DNA of 64,000 nucleotides, from assembly GCA_043811535.1 (NCBI GenBank), contig JBDRNC010000037.1, positions 69,039-133,038 on the forward strand, in the 5' to 3' direction. Under the pieces are notes generated by a model. The model had not been told where the DNA came from. It did no database searches and saw only the letters and a program-made list of their open reading frames with translations. The stretch comes from Elusimicrobiota bacterium. GTDB lineage: Bacteria > Elusimicrobiota > Endomicrobiia > Endomicrobiales > JBDRNC01. This document shows, piece after piece, positions 38,818 to 48,340 of the stretch (within the stretch, counting starts at the first letter, position 1; every line of letters starts with the position of its first letter). Made by a program: the position numbers and the translations under genes.

Positions 38818-40689
38818 ATGGGCAAGAAGATATTAGGCATCTCCGCGTATTACCACGATGCCGCCGCCGCGATTATTGACGGCGGCGAAATTGTTGCCGC
38901 CGCGCAGGAAGAAAGGTTTACGCGCAAGAAACACGACCCCTCTTTCCCCGCCAACGCCGTCTCCTTTTGCCTGAAATACAGCGGGTTTTCTCTCTCGGAA
39001 CTTGACGCGGTGGTTTTCTATGACAAGCCGTGGCTCAAATTCGAACGCCTGCTTGAAACGTATTACGTCTTTGCCCCGAAAGGCCTGCTTTCCTATCTTG
39101 AATCAATGCCCGTCTGGATAAAGGAAAAACTCTTCGCCAAGGACATGATACTTGACGAACTCGCCAAGATAGAAGATTTTGACCGCGGCAAGCTGAAATT
39201 ACTTTTCTCGGAACACCATCTCTCGCATGCCGCGAGCGCTTTCTACCCTTCCCCGTTCAATGAATCCGCGATACTGACTATCGACGGCGTGGGAGAATGG
39301 GCAACGGCGTCTATCGGGCAGGGCAGGGAAAACGGCATAAAGATATTGAAGGAAATGAATTTTCCGCACTCGCTGGGGCTCCTGTATTCGGCTTTTACGT
39401 ATTACACGGGTTTCAAGGTAAATTCAGGCGAATATAAACTTATGGGCCTGGCGCCCTACGGCAACCCGGATTCCGTAAGATGCGCAAAGTTCCAGAAGAT
39501 TATCCGCGAAAACATAGTTGATATAAAGGATGACGGTTCCATATATCTCAACCAGGAATATTTCGATTACTGCACGGGCCTCAGGATGGTCAATGACGAA
39601 AAGTGGGAAAGATTATTCGGCGTCGCGAGGCGTAAGCCCGAGACCGAGATAACGGCCGCGCACTGCGATCTCGCCCTTGCGATACAGAAAGTCACCGAAG
39701 AAATAGTCATAAAGATGGCGAAGACCGCGAAAGACCTTGCTGGCTCGCCTAACCTGTGCATGGCGGGCGGGGTTGCGCTCAATTGCGTCGCCAACGCGAA
39801 ACTGCTTAAAGAAAAAATCTTTGACAATATCTGGATACAACCGGCCGCGGGGGACGCGGGCGGCGCACTCGGTGCGGCGCTTTCCGTGCACCACGCTTAT
39901 TTCGGCGAAGAAAGAAAAGTGGCGGAAGGAAAGCAGGATGCTATGCAGGGCTCGTATCTTGGCCCCGAGTTTAGCGACCTCGACGTAAAGATGACAGCCA
40001 GAAAATACAAGGCGAAGTGCGATTATTTTGAGAACACCCAGAAAATGCTTGATGAAGTGGCGTCGCGCATAAACGCGGGGCAGGTCATCGGATGGGTGCA
40101 GGGCAGGATGGAGTGGGGCCCAAGGGCGCTCGGCAACAGGAGCATACTAGGCGACGCCAGAAGCATGGACATGCAGAAGAGAATGAATTTGAAGATAAAA
40201 TTCCGTGAATCATTCAGGCCTTTCGCACCGTCGGTGATACAGGAAGAGGCAAAGAACTATTTTGAAACGGATGTTTCATCTCCCTACATGCTGTTGACGG
40301 CGGATGTCGTAAAAGGCATCAGGAACCCGTTGCCCGGCGGGTACGCAGACATGCCTATAAAGGACAAACTATATTATAAAAGGTCATCCGTGCCGGCTAT
40401 CACGCACCTGGATTATTCAGCCCGGCTTCAGACTGTCCATAAGGAAACCAACCCGGTTTACTGGGGGCTTATTAAAACTTTCAAGGACAAAACCGGCTGC
40501 GGGACTATAATCAACACGAGCTTTAACGTCCGCGGTGAGCCCATAGTGTGCACGCCCGAAGACGCCTACAGGTGCTTTATGCGCACGGAGATGGATTGCC
40601 TCGTGGTCGGGAATTTCGTGTTTGACAAGAAAAACCAGCCCGAGTGGAAAGAAAAACGCGACTGGAAAGAAGAATTCACTTTAGACTGA
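38818..40689 (+). CDS. NodU/CmcH-family O-carbamoyltransferase
   Basis: YYHDAAA, EHHLSHAASAF, GEYKLMGLA, GPRALGNRS, KFRESFRPFAP, NTSFNVRGEP. Confidence 0.95.
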   Translation: MGKKILGISAYYHDAAAAIIDGGEIVAAAQEERFTRKKHDPSFPANAVSFCLKYSGFSLSELDAVVFYDKPWLKFERLLETYYVFAPKGLLSYLESMPVWIKEKLFAKDMILDELAKIEDFDRGKLKLLFSEHHLSHAASAFYPSPFNESAILTIDGVGEWATASIGQGRENGIKILKEMNFPHSLGLLYSAFTYYTGFKVNSGEYKLMGLAPYGNPDSVRCAKFQKIIRENIVDIKDDGSIYLNQEYFDYCTGLRMVNDEKWERLFGVARRKPETEITAAHCDLALAIQKVTEEIVIKMAKTAKDLAGSPNLCMAGGVALNCVANAKLLKEKIFDNIWIQPAAGDAGGALGAALSVHHAYFGEERKVAEGKQDAMQGSYLGPEFSDLDVKMTARKYKAKCDYFENTQKMLDEVASRINAGQVIGWVQGRMEWGPRALGNRSILGDARSMDMQKRMNLKIKFRESFRPFAPSVIQEEAKNYFETDVSSPYMLLTADVVKGIRNPLPGGYADMPIKDKLYYKRSSVPAITHLDYSARLQTVHKETNPVYWGLIKTFKDKTGCGTIINTSFNVRGEPIVCTPEDAYRCFMRTEMDCLVVGNFVFDKKNQPEWKEKRDWKEEFTLD

Positions 40690-40704
40690 TACGGAGGTAA
40701 ATCA

Positions 40705-40854
40705 ATGGGTTTTATCAAAGAACTTCTGAAATTCATGAAGGAACGAAAGAAATGGTGGCTGCTTCCGATGATAATCGTGCTGCTCGCGATAGGCGCGCTC
40801 ATCATATTTTCAAGCACGTCGGGGCTGGCGCCGTTTATATATACATTATTTTAA
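40705..40854 (+). CDS. 49-aa DUF5989 / SxtK-like membrane protein
   Basis: Manual translation MGFIKELLKFMKERKKWWLLPMIIVLLAIGALIIFSSTSGLAPFIYTLF*; GGAGG ribosome-binding site. Confidence 0.88.
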   Translation: MGFIKELLKFMKERKKWWLLPMIIVLLAIGALIIFSSTSGLAPFIYTLF

Positions 40855-41004
40855 CGAACCGAAGAGGTTTGTACGGGATATAGAAAGACTTTAAAGGTAT
40901 GAAATCCCGTTAGACCGTACAGGTATTAGAAGAAATATTGCGAAGCGAATAATATTATTGCGGGATAGCTAAACTTTATCCAAAGCTATAGGGGTCTAAA
41001 CGGG

Positions 41005-41370
41005 ATGAAAAAAGAAAAAATACTTGAGAATCTGGTAATTCTGGCGGCCGCGGCGCTCGTCGCTTTCATAATATTCAAAGCGAAATGGCTGCTCATCGTT
41101 TGCCTTGCCTTCCTCGTGATAGCGATAATCGGAGGGAAGCCGGCATATTTTATCGCGCTCGGCTGGACAAAATTCGCGCATTTTATAGGCAGGATAAATA
41201 CAAAGATACTTTTATCCCTGATTTACTATTTATTTCTAACGCCTATATCGGCCTTATTCCGGATATTCAACAAGGAGGCCGCAGGAAATTTCAAGGATAA
41301 AAGCCGGAAAACGTTTTTTAAAGACAAGACCGGAGAGATTACGCCGGAAAATTTTGAAAAGCTTTGGTAA
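41005..41370 (+). CDS. SxtJ-family membrane protein
   Basis: WTKFAHFIGRINTKILLSLIYYLFLTP; carbamoyltransferase context. Confidence 0.8.
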   Translation: MKKEKILENLVILAAAALVAFIIFKAKWLLIVCLAFLVIAIIGGKPAYFIALGWTKFAHFIGRINTKILLSLIYYLFLTPISALFRIFNKEAAGNFKDKSRKTFFKDKTGEITPENFEKLW

Positions 41371-41374
41371 ATAT

Positions 41375-42940
41375 ATGAATGATTCTTCTGTCAGAGTGAG
41401 ATTTGCTCCTTCGCCTACGGGATATCTCCATATCGGCGGGGCGCGCACGGCGCTTTACAACTGGCTTTTCGCCCGTAAGCACAAAGGCGCGTTCATACTG
41501 CGAATTGAAGACACGGATGAAGCCCGTTCGACGGAAGAGTCGGTCGGCGCGATACTTGAAAGCATGAAATGGTTAGGGCTTGACTGGGACGAAGGACCAA
41601 GAGTTGTCTCGGACAAAAAGGTTGAGAGTGGTGTAATAACACAGTTTACAACTGGTGGAGATTATCATCCATACTTTCAAATGAGAGCACACCAAGAAGG
41701 TGTGTATGCGAAATACGCAGAACAACTTTTAACTGAAGGAAAAGCATATCGTTGTTTCTGCTCTCCCGAAGAAGTTGAGGAGATGCGCAAGGCCGCGCAG
41801 GCGGCTAAAAAAGTCCCGAAATACGACGGTCGCTGCAGGAAGCTTACTTCTGAGCAAATAAAACAGAAAGAGGCTGAAGGCAAAAAATACGTCATTCGCC
41901 TGAAAGTACCTGAAGAAGGAAAGACGATCTTTGACGATATTGTCCGCGGCCGCGTTGAATTTGACAATTACATGCTGGATGACTTCGTGCTGGTGAAGAC
42001 ATCCGGCGTACCCACGTATAACTTTGCCGTTGTGGTGGATGACGTGCGCATGAAGATAACGCATATCATACGCGGCGACGATCACCTGTCAAATACCCCC
42101 AAGCAGATACACATATACAACGCTTTGGACTGGCAGACGCCGGTTTTCGCGCACATTTCAATGATACTCGGCTCCGACGGCTCGCGCCTTTCAAAACGCC
42201 ACGGGCACACATCGGTATTGGAATATAGGAACGATGGCTTTCTTCCGGCTGCGGTAGTAAACTACCTGGCTCTTCTCGGCTGGTCAACCGAAGATAGCCA
42301 GCAGCTGTTTGAATTGGATGACCTGATGGAGAAATTCTCGCTTGAACGCTGCGCGAAGAACCCGGCTGTCTTTGATCCGCAGAAACTTTTATGGATGAAC
42401 GGCGAGTACATCAGGAAGACCGGAGGGGATAAGCTCCCTGACGTCTTCTTCCAATGGGCGAAGGAAACCGGTATAAGCGAAAAGATAAAGGATTGGGACA
42501 AGTCGCTTCTGTCAAAAATACTCACAGCCGAGTTTGAGAAGGTAAAACTGCTCAGGGACGTGCCCGATTTGGTTGACTTTTTCTTTACCGATAATGTAGA
42601 ATATAAATCCGAAGCCGTCGAAAAAGTTCTTAAAAAACCCGAAGCCAGGCAGGTTCTTGAAGAGGCGCTGAAAGTATTTGGAAACAGGAAATCGTTACCA
42701 AGTACTGAAGGTGGAAAATTACCGGATGCTGGCGATATTGAGCTTATAACAAGAGATATTGCTGAAACACTCCATCAAAAGTATGGTCTTATTGTTAAAG
42801 CCGGTCAAATCTTTCATCCTATTAGAGTTGCAATTTCTGGGAGAACTACTGGCCCTAGCCTATTTCATGCGATGGAGTGGCTAGGCATGGAACAAGTGAC
42901 CAAGCGTATTACAGTTTGCCTTGAAAAGTGTTTCAAGTAG
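41375..42940 (+). CDS. gltX: Glutamate-tRNA ligase
   Basis: RFAPSPTGYLHIGG, LRIEDTD, IRGDDH, RLSKR. Confidence 0.97.
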   Translation: MNDSSVRVRFAPSPTGYLHIGGARTALYNWLFARKHKGAFILRIEDTDEARSTEESVGAILESMKWLGLDWDEGPRVVSDKKVESGVITQFTTGGDYHPYFQMRAHQEGVYAKYAEQLLTEGKAYRCFCSPEEVEEMRKAAQAAKKVPKYDGRCRKLTSEQIKQKEAEGKKYVIRLKVPEEGKTIFDDIVRGRVEFDNYMLDDFVLVKTSGVPTYNFAVVVDDVRMKITHIIRGDDHLSNTPKQIHIYNALDWQTPVFAHISMILGSDGSRLSKRHGHTSVLEYRNDGFLPAAVVNYLALLGWSTEDSQQLFELDDLMEKFSLERCAKNPAVFDPQKLLWMNGEYIRKTGGDKLPDVFFQWAKETGISEKIKDWDKSLLSKILTAEFEKVKLLRDVPDLVDFFFTDNVEYKSEAVEKVLKKPEARQVLEEALKVFGNRKSLPSTEGGKLPDAGDIELITRDIAETLHQKYGLIVKAGQIFHPIRVAISGRTTGPSLFHAMEWLGMEQVTKRITVCLEKCFK

Positions 42941-43016
42941 TATTTGTTGCTTTGGATTTGGTTAATTGGAATTTACTTCGGATTTCGAGTTTAGAATTTA
43001 GAGTTTGCCTCTAAGG

Positions 43017-43088
43017 GAATGGCTCGGTAAGGATAAAGTACTCAAACGCATCAAAGATTGCCTTGAAAAGTATTTTAAATCTGTGTAA
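43017..43088 (+). pseudogene. Second, divergent copy of the gltX 3' end
   Basis: Translates EWLGKDKVLKRIKDCLEKYFKSV* versus the gltX terminus EWLGMEQVTKRITVCLEKCFK*. Confidence 0.8.
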
Positions 43089-43119
43089 TCTCGGTTAGGA
43101 ATCTGTGTAATCTTCGTAT

Positions 43120-43404
43120 ATGGATGAAAAAAATATAAATCACCATCTGATGAGCATTATACTGATGCTGGCGTCCGCGTGCTGGCAGCAGCTTGGAAAG
43201 ATCCCTAATCCCGTAGACAACAAGGTTGAAGTGGATCTGGAACACGCGCAGATCACGATAGATATCCTCGAGATGCTTAAAGAAAAGACCAAGGGCAACC
43301 TGACAACCGAAGAGGATAAGCTTCTTTCCAATACCATCGCGGACCTGCAGCTGAATTACGCGGACGAAGCCAACAGGAAAAACGCTTCAGAACACAAGCA
43401 TTAA
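43120..43404 (+). CDS. DUF1844 family protein
   Basis: LGKIPNP..DLEHAQITIDILEMLKEKTKGNL..EE. Confidence 0.88.
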   Translation: MDEKNINHHLMSIILMLASACWQQLGKIPNPVDNKVEVDLEHAQITIDILEMLKEKTKGNLTTEEDKLLSNTIADLQLNYADEANRKNASEHKH

Positions 43405-43484
43405 TAATATTGTGAATAGAGATTAGAAATTAGTAAATTTATTGTTAACAAGATAGAATAGAAAACTCAAAATATCCGTTTAAT

Positions 43485-43557
43485 TGCCCGGTGGTGTAAT
43501 TGGTAACACGTTCGGCTCTGGACCGAAAGTCTCCAGGTTCAAGTCCTGGCCGGGCAG
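43485..43557 (+). tRNA. tRNA-Gln (anticodon CTG), CCA not encoded
   Basis: Cloverleaf: acceptor TGCCCGG/CCGGGCA, anticodon arm TTCGG-CTCTGGA-CCGAA, T arm CCAGG-TTCAAGT-CCTGG. Confidence 0.96.
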
Positions 43558-43590
43558 CATATTTTGAGTTTTATTTAACAGGAACAAGAA

Positions 43591-44229
43591 ATGAAAAAAT
43601 ACTTTGCGTCGTTTTTATTGATCGCTTTAATGTCGTGCATTGTAGCCCTGCCTGCATATACGGAAACGGATGACGGCAAGACTTCATACATGAAAAAGGA
43701 AGTCGAGCTGAGATTAAAAATGAGAGAACTATTCACCAATTATCTCGTATGGCAGAGGATATATGCCTCTTCAATTCTTTCAGGGGCGGGAGCCACCGAT
43801 ATGAACAACGCCGGCACACGGCTTGCCAATAGCCAAAATGGCATAGCTAACGCGTTCAGGCCGTTTTACGGCGAAGAGACCGGAAATCAGCTGGCGTTCC
43901 TCTTGAATCAATATACGCAACTCTTGACGGAATACGCGGATATCGTAAAAAGGGACGGAGATAAAAGCGACATAACGCAAAGAATCCGCGAGAATTCCGA
44001 CATTACAGGAGAGCTGCTTAACAGGATAAATATGAATTGGCCCGGAAATGAGATATCAGGCAAGCTCATCAAGTATTACGACCTGCTTGGCGTCGAAATA
44101 AGCTATCAAGGAAAGCATTACGGCTCAATAGACGTAAACGCGCTTGATGCCACGTTTTACCAGGGCATGCTGATAGCCGATACCCTGACTTTCGGCATCG
44201 TCAAGCACCATCCAGGAAAGTTCTGGTAG
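43591..44229 (+). CDS. Secreted helical protein of unknown function
   Basis: MKK signal peptide, long open frame. Confidence 0.75.
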   Translation: MKKYFASFLLIALMSCIVALPAYTETDDGKTSYMKKEVELRLKMRELFTNYLVWQRIYASSILSGAGATDMNNAGTRLANSQNGIANAFRPFYGEETGNQLAFLLNQYTQLLTEYADIVKRDGDKSDITQRIRENSDITGELLNRINMNWPGNEISGKLIKYYDLLGVEISYQGKHYGSIDVNALDATFYQGMLIADTLTFGIVKHHPGKFW

Positions 44230-44272
44230 TTTGAAACACGTCTGTCCTCTCCTTTATACTGCATAATAATCA

Positions 44273-44328
44273 TTGAAAAACAGAGAAGAATATCCTATGA
44301 TAAGTACGTAAAAGGTAACCGCTTACAC
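44273..44328 (+). promoter_or_regulatory. Promoter TTGAAA-17-TATGAT followed by LacI-type operator GGTAACCGCTTAC
   Basis: CG-centred imperfect palindrome; near-identical site at 54616. Confidence 0.7.
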
Positions 44329-44378
44329 AACTTTGCCGGGCCAATCCTAATCAATCCAACCGCTGAAAAGGAGTTGTC

Positions 44379-47300
44379 ATGAGAAAATCAGCTCTGATTA
44401 TGGTCTTTTCTTTTATCTGCATGTGCTTTGCTCTGCCTGTCAATAGTGTATTCGCCGCGTGGCTGGCGACAGCCTCGTCATCGGAAGGCAGTAATGACGC
44501 ATCCAGTGCCGTTGATGATGACCCCTCAACCCGCTGGAGCAGCGAGTTCAAGGATAACCAGTGGTGGCAGGTGGATTTCGGCGAGCAGAAGAAGATCGAA
44601 GTCGTAGTCCTGTTATGGGAGGCCGCGTATACCAAGGAGTACAATATAGAAGTATCGAAAAACGGCAAATCGTGGAAGCAGATTTATGCCACGAAAGACG
44701 GCAAGGGCGGCAAGGAAACTATTAAGATAAAACCCGTGACGACAAGGTTCGTAAAGATAAACTGCGTGAAACGCGGCGCGGAATGGGGCAACTCCCTGTG
44801 GGAAGTAAAGTTCGACGTGCCGGCTCCTCCTACGAAGCTTGAAGCGGCGGCGTCATCGGGCAACCAGGATTATTCGGCTGATAAAGCCGTGGACGGCGAT
44901 ATGAGCACCCGCTGGTCCAGTGATTTCGCGGATAACCAGTGGTGGGAAGCCGAGTTTGTGCAGCCGAAGAGCCTGTGCGGCATCGTTATCCACTGGGAAA
45001 CGGCTTTCGGCGAGATATACAATATCGAAGCGGCGGGCGAAGACGGAAAATACAAAAAGGTATACGAAACAGCGGACGGCGACGGAAACAGGGACATAAT
45101 TTATTTTCAGCCGATGCTTGTCAAGAAATTGAGGCTTAACGGCATACAGAGAGGTACCGGATGGGGTTTCTCAATCTGGGAGATTGATTTTCTGGACGGG
45201 CTCAAGCCTCCGGTCTTCGACGCGGTGTCTCGCTCCAAGACAGAAGGGCCTGAACTCGCGATGGACGGCGACAGGAATACCGCCTGGCACAGTCCGGCGG
45301 AAAAACAGGCGACTTTTAGCGTTGAACTTCCGCGCGTCTGGGGCCTTGGCGGATTAGTCCTGCAATGGGGAAAGGATTACGCGGTCAAGTATTCGGTTGA
45401 GCTCTTCGGAAAAGACGGCGCGTGGAAAAAGGTTTATGAGACGGATTCGGGCAACGGCAATTTTGACCAGGTATACTTCCAGCCGTTTGACGCCTCTAAA
45501 ATAAGGATAAACTGCCTTGAAAGCAAAACGGGCGACGGTTTTGATATCGCGGAGCTTGAGATAAAGGGCAATGAAGAAAAAGCTACGCCCATAAAGATTT
45601 TCCAGTCAAGGGCGAAAGACAGCGCGCCCGGTTTATACCCGATGTGGCTGCGCAGAGTGCAGGAATTCTGGACGGTACTAGGCGAGATTAACGACGAGCA
45701 GGAAAGCCTTTTCAGCGAAACAGGCATAGTTGAACCGTACAAGGAATCTTTCCTGGTGAAACCGTATGTTTTTGACGTCGGAAAACTAATAACGTATGAG
45801 GATTGCAAGGTCAGCCAGGGTCTCGAAGCGGATTACCTGCCGTTGCCAAGCGTAAACTGGAAAAGGGATAATTTCAATCTTGAAATAAAAGGTCTCGCGT
45901 ACGGTAAGAATACCATAATCCGGTACAGGGTTGCGAATACCGGAACCGCGAAATTCACGGGAAAGCTGGCCCTTGGGATATTGCCCGTGCAGCTTAATCC
46001 CATATGGCAGCACGGCGGTATCAGCCCGATAAACAGCGCTTCATTTTCGAAAGACGGGGCGCAGACGCAGCTGAAGATTAACGGCGGCACCGCGCTTATC
46101 TCGCTGACGCAGGTATCGGGAACAGGCGCGATGGATTCAAAAGACAAGGATGTCGCGTGGCTCTACGGGTCCGGCCAATTTCCGCAGGATACATCGGCGG
46201 AAAGCACGGATGGCCTCGTGTCATGCGGTTTGTGGTATGACCTTGATATCGCCGCCGGCCAGTCAAAAGATGTTTATGTCGTGTTTCCTCTGTACAAGGA
46301 ATCAGTGCTGCCGCCTGTGGCCGCGCGGGATCCCGAAAAATACTTTGACGACTCGCTGAATTCAAGCAGGGCGGGATGGGAAAAAATACTGAACAAGTTC
46401 GCAATCGACATACCCGATAAAAGGCTTGTTGACGTGATGAAAACGAACATCGCGTATATTCTTATCAATATGGACGGGCCGTGGACAAAACCCGGCTCGC
46501 GCAACTATAACCATTCCTGGTTGCGCGATGGCGCGATGACTTGCGTGGCTCTCATGCAGATGGGATTGGAGGACGAAGTGCTCCGCTGGGTAGAAGCCGT
46601 GTCGGCCGGAGTGGACGATAAGGGTATGGTACCGTTTATATTTTTCGAAGGCGGAAAAGCGGTCAGTTTCGACTACAATAACACGAGCGGCGAAAACAAG
46701 GAATATGACAGTCAGGGAGAATACCTGTTTGCCGTCAGGGAATATTATGACTACACAAAGGACAAGAAATTCCTCAAGAAATTCTATCCCAAGGCGCTGA
46801 AAGCGGCCGAGTTCATCAAGGATCTCCGCCGCCAGCGCATGACGGATGAATACAAGAACGACCCCGCAAAGATACCGTATTACGGTATACTCCCGCTGTC
46901 CAACAGCCACGAGGGATATTATCCCGCTAAGACCAGTTACTGGGACGATTTCTGGTGCCTGCGCGGGCTGAAGGACGCCATCTACATGGCGAAAACGCTG
47001 GGGAATCAGTCCGACGCCGAATGGTTGCAGAATGAACTGCTGGATTTCAGGAAATGCGTTATTGATTCCATCCTGGCCGTAATAGCGCGCGACAAACTGA
47101 ATTATATTCCCGGCTGCGTGGAAAAAGGGGATTTCGACGCGACATCGACAGCGATAGCCATTACTGCCGCGGGCGAGGAGAACTACCTTCCGCAGGAATA
47201 CCTCAAGAATACTTTTGATAAGTACATGAAAGAATTCGTCACCGGGATGGAGCCGGGCAAAGAACGCACTTTCACGCCCTATGAGGACCGGAACGCGGAC

Positions 47301-47798
47301 GCATTCATTAGAATGGGACAGAGGGAGAACGGCCTGACCATACTCAGGTATTTCGTCAAGGATTCCGTCCGCCCGTTCGGCTGGAACCACATGGCGGAAG
47401 TGGTCCATGCGAAACCAAGGGCCCCATCATACATAGGGGATATGCCGCATACATGGGTGGGCTCAGGATACATCAACGCCGTCAGAACGATATTCGCGTA
47501 TGAATATGAGGGGAAGCTAATTATAGGAGCAGGCCTCGATCCGCAATGGTTTGACGCGGGCATATCCGTAAAAGAGCTTCCGACTATTTACGGTACCGTG
47601 AGCTATACCGTAAACAGGAAAGGCGGCGAAACAGTCTTCAAATTTGAAGGGAAACTTACTCCTCCCGAAGGTTTCGTCCTTCCGCTTCCCAAGGAGTTTT
47701 GGGGATACAAGGCTGTCCTGAACAAGGCTGAAACGAAGATAGTTGACGGGAAAATAGCATTTAAAACGCTCCCCGCTGTGATTTCTCTGAAAAAATGA
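44379..47798 (+). CDS. Secreted glycoside hydrolase: three discoidin (F5/8C, CBM32-like) domains plus a six-hairpin catalytic domain
   Basis: Three A.D.D..T.W.S repeats; PGSRNYNHSWLRDG, EYDSQGE, SHEGY, SYWDDFW, GDMPHTW. Confidence 0.85.
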   Translation: MRKSALIMVFSFICMCFALPVNSVFAAWLATASSSEGSNDASSAVDDDPSTRWSSEFKDNQWWQVDFGEQKKIEVVVLLWEAAYTKEYNIEVSKNGKSWKQIYATKDGKGGKETIKIKPVTTRFVKINCVKRGAEWGNSLWEVKFDVPAPPTKLEAAASSGNQDYSADKAVDGDMSTRWSSDFADNQWWEAEFVQPKSLCGIVIHWETAFGEIYNIEAAGEDGKYKKVYETADGDGNRDIIYFQPMLVKKLRLNGIQRGTGWGFSIWEIDFLDGLKPPVFDAVSRSKTEGPELAMDGDRNTAWHSPAEKQATFSVELPRVWGLGGLVLQWGKDYAVKYSVELFGKDGAWKKVYETDSGNGNFDQVYFQPFDASKIRINCLESKTGDGFDIAELEIKGNEEKATPIKIFQSRAKDSAPGLYPMWLRRVQEFWTVLGEINDEQESLFSETGIVEPYKESFLVKPYVFDVGKLITYEDCKVSQGLEADYLPLPSVNWKRDNFNLEIKGLAYGKNTIIRYRVANTGTAKFTGKLALGILPVQLNPIWQHGGISPINSASFSKDGAQTQLKINGGTALISLTQVSGTGAMDSKDKDVAWLYGSGQFPQDTSAESTDGLVSCGLWYDLDIAAGQSKDVYVVFPLYKESVLPPVAARDPEKYFDDSLNSSRAGWEKILNKFAIDIPDKRLVDVMKTNIAYILINMDGPWTKPGSRNYNHSWLRDGAMTCVALMQMGLEDEVLRWVEAVSAGVDDKGMVPFIFFEGGKAVSFDYNNTSGENKEYDSQGEYLFAVREYYDYTKDKKFLKKFYPKALKAAEFIKDLRRQRMTDEYKNDPAKIPYYGILPLSNSHEGYYPAKTSYWDDFWCLRGLKDAIYMAKTLGNQSDAEWLQNELLDFRKCVIDSILAVIARDKLNYIPGCVEKGDFDATSTAIAITAAGEENYLPQEYLKNTFDKYMKEFVTGMEPGKERTFTPYEDRNADAFIRMGQRENGLTILRYFVKDSVRPFGWNHMAEVVHAKPRAPSYIGDMPHTWVGSGYINAVRTIFAYEYEGKLIIGAGLDPQWFDAGISVKELPTIYGTVSYTVNRKGGETVFKFEGKLTPPEGFVLPLPKEFWGYKAVLNKAETKIVDGKIAFKTLPAVISLKK

Positions 47799-47951
47799 CT
47801 TTGGGGCGCGCGGCGGCGGCTGTAAAATTATTTTATTAGTGCATGTTGCAATTCGAGTATAATATGCTATATTATCTACGAAGTCCCGGTTAGCCGGGCT
47901 TAGAATGACGCTTCGGTAACACCGGGGTATGAAAAAGTAGGTGAGTTAGTA

Positions 47952-48155
47952 ATGGCACGTGGTAAAGTAAAGTGGTTCAATGATGCAAAAGGTTTTGGCT
48001 TTATTTCCAATGATGACGGAAGCGGAGATGTGTTCGCACATTATTCGTCGATAGTATCAGATGGATTTAAGACCCTTGCCGAAGGCGACAGCGTCGAATT
48101 CGACGTTGAGACCTCCGACAAAGGACCCAAAGCAAAGAATGTCAGAAAAGTGTAA
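47952..48155 (+). CDS. Cold-shock protein (CspA family)
   Basis: [22 protein letters not shown]. Confidence 0.97.
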   Translation: MARGKVKWFNDAKGFGFISNDDGSGDVFAHYSSIVSDGFKTLAEGDSVEFDVETSDKGPKAKNVRKV

Positions 48156-48174
48156 ATTTTTCTGATTTTAGAAT

Positions 48175-48208
48175 AAACCCTCGATTATTAGTCGGGGGTT
48201 TTTCTTTT
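48175..48208 (+). terminator. Intrinsic terminator after the cold-shock gene
   Basis: AAACCCTCGA...TCGGGGGTTT stem followed by a T tract. Confidence 0.75.
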
Positions 48209-48340
48209 GAGCACCTTATGCGTTGTTTTGAATTGCCGTATGCGAAATCCGCCGAAGCTGTGTTGACAATACAGCGAATAGCTGTGTCTATTGTCAATCC
48301 GCCGCGGCGGACAGGCGGATAGGGGAAAAAGGGAGCATAG

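Noticed and set aside
38818..41370. Saxitoxin biosynthesis cluster
   Set aside because: Only sxtI/J/K-like genes are present; no sxtA, sxtG or other core genes.
42875..43088. Diversity-generating retroelement VR/TR pair
   Set aside because: No reverse transcriptase in the window, and the differences are not confined to adenines.
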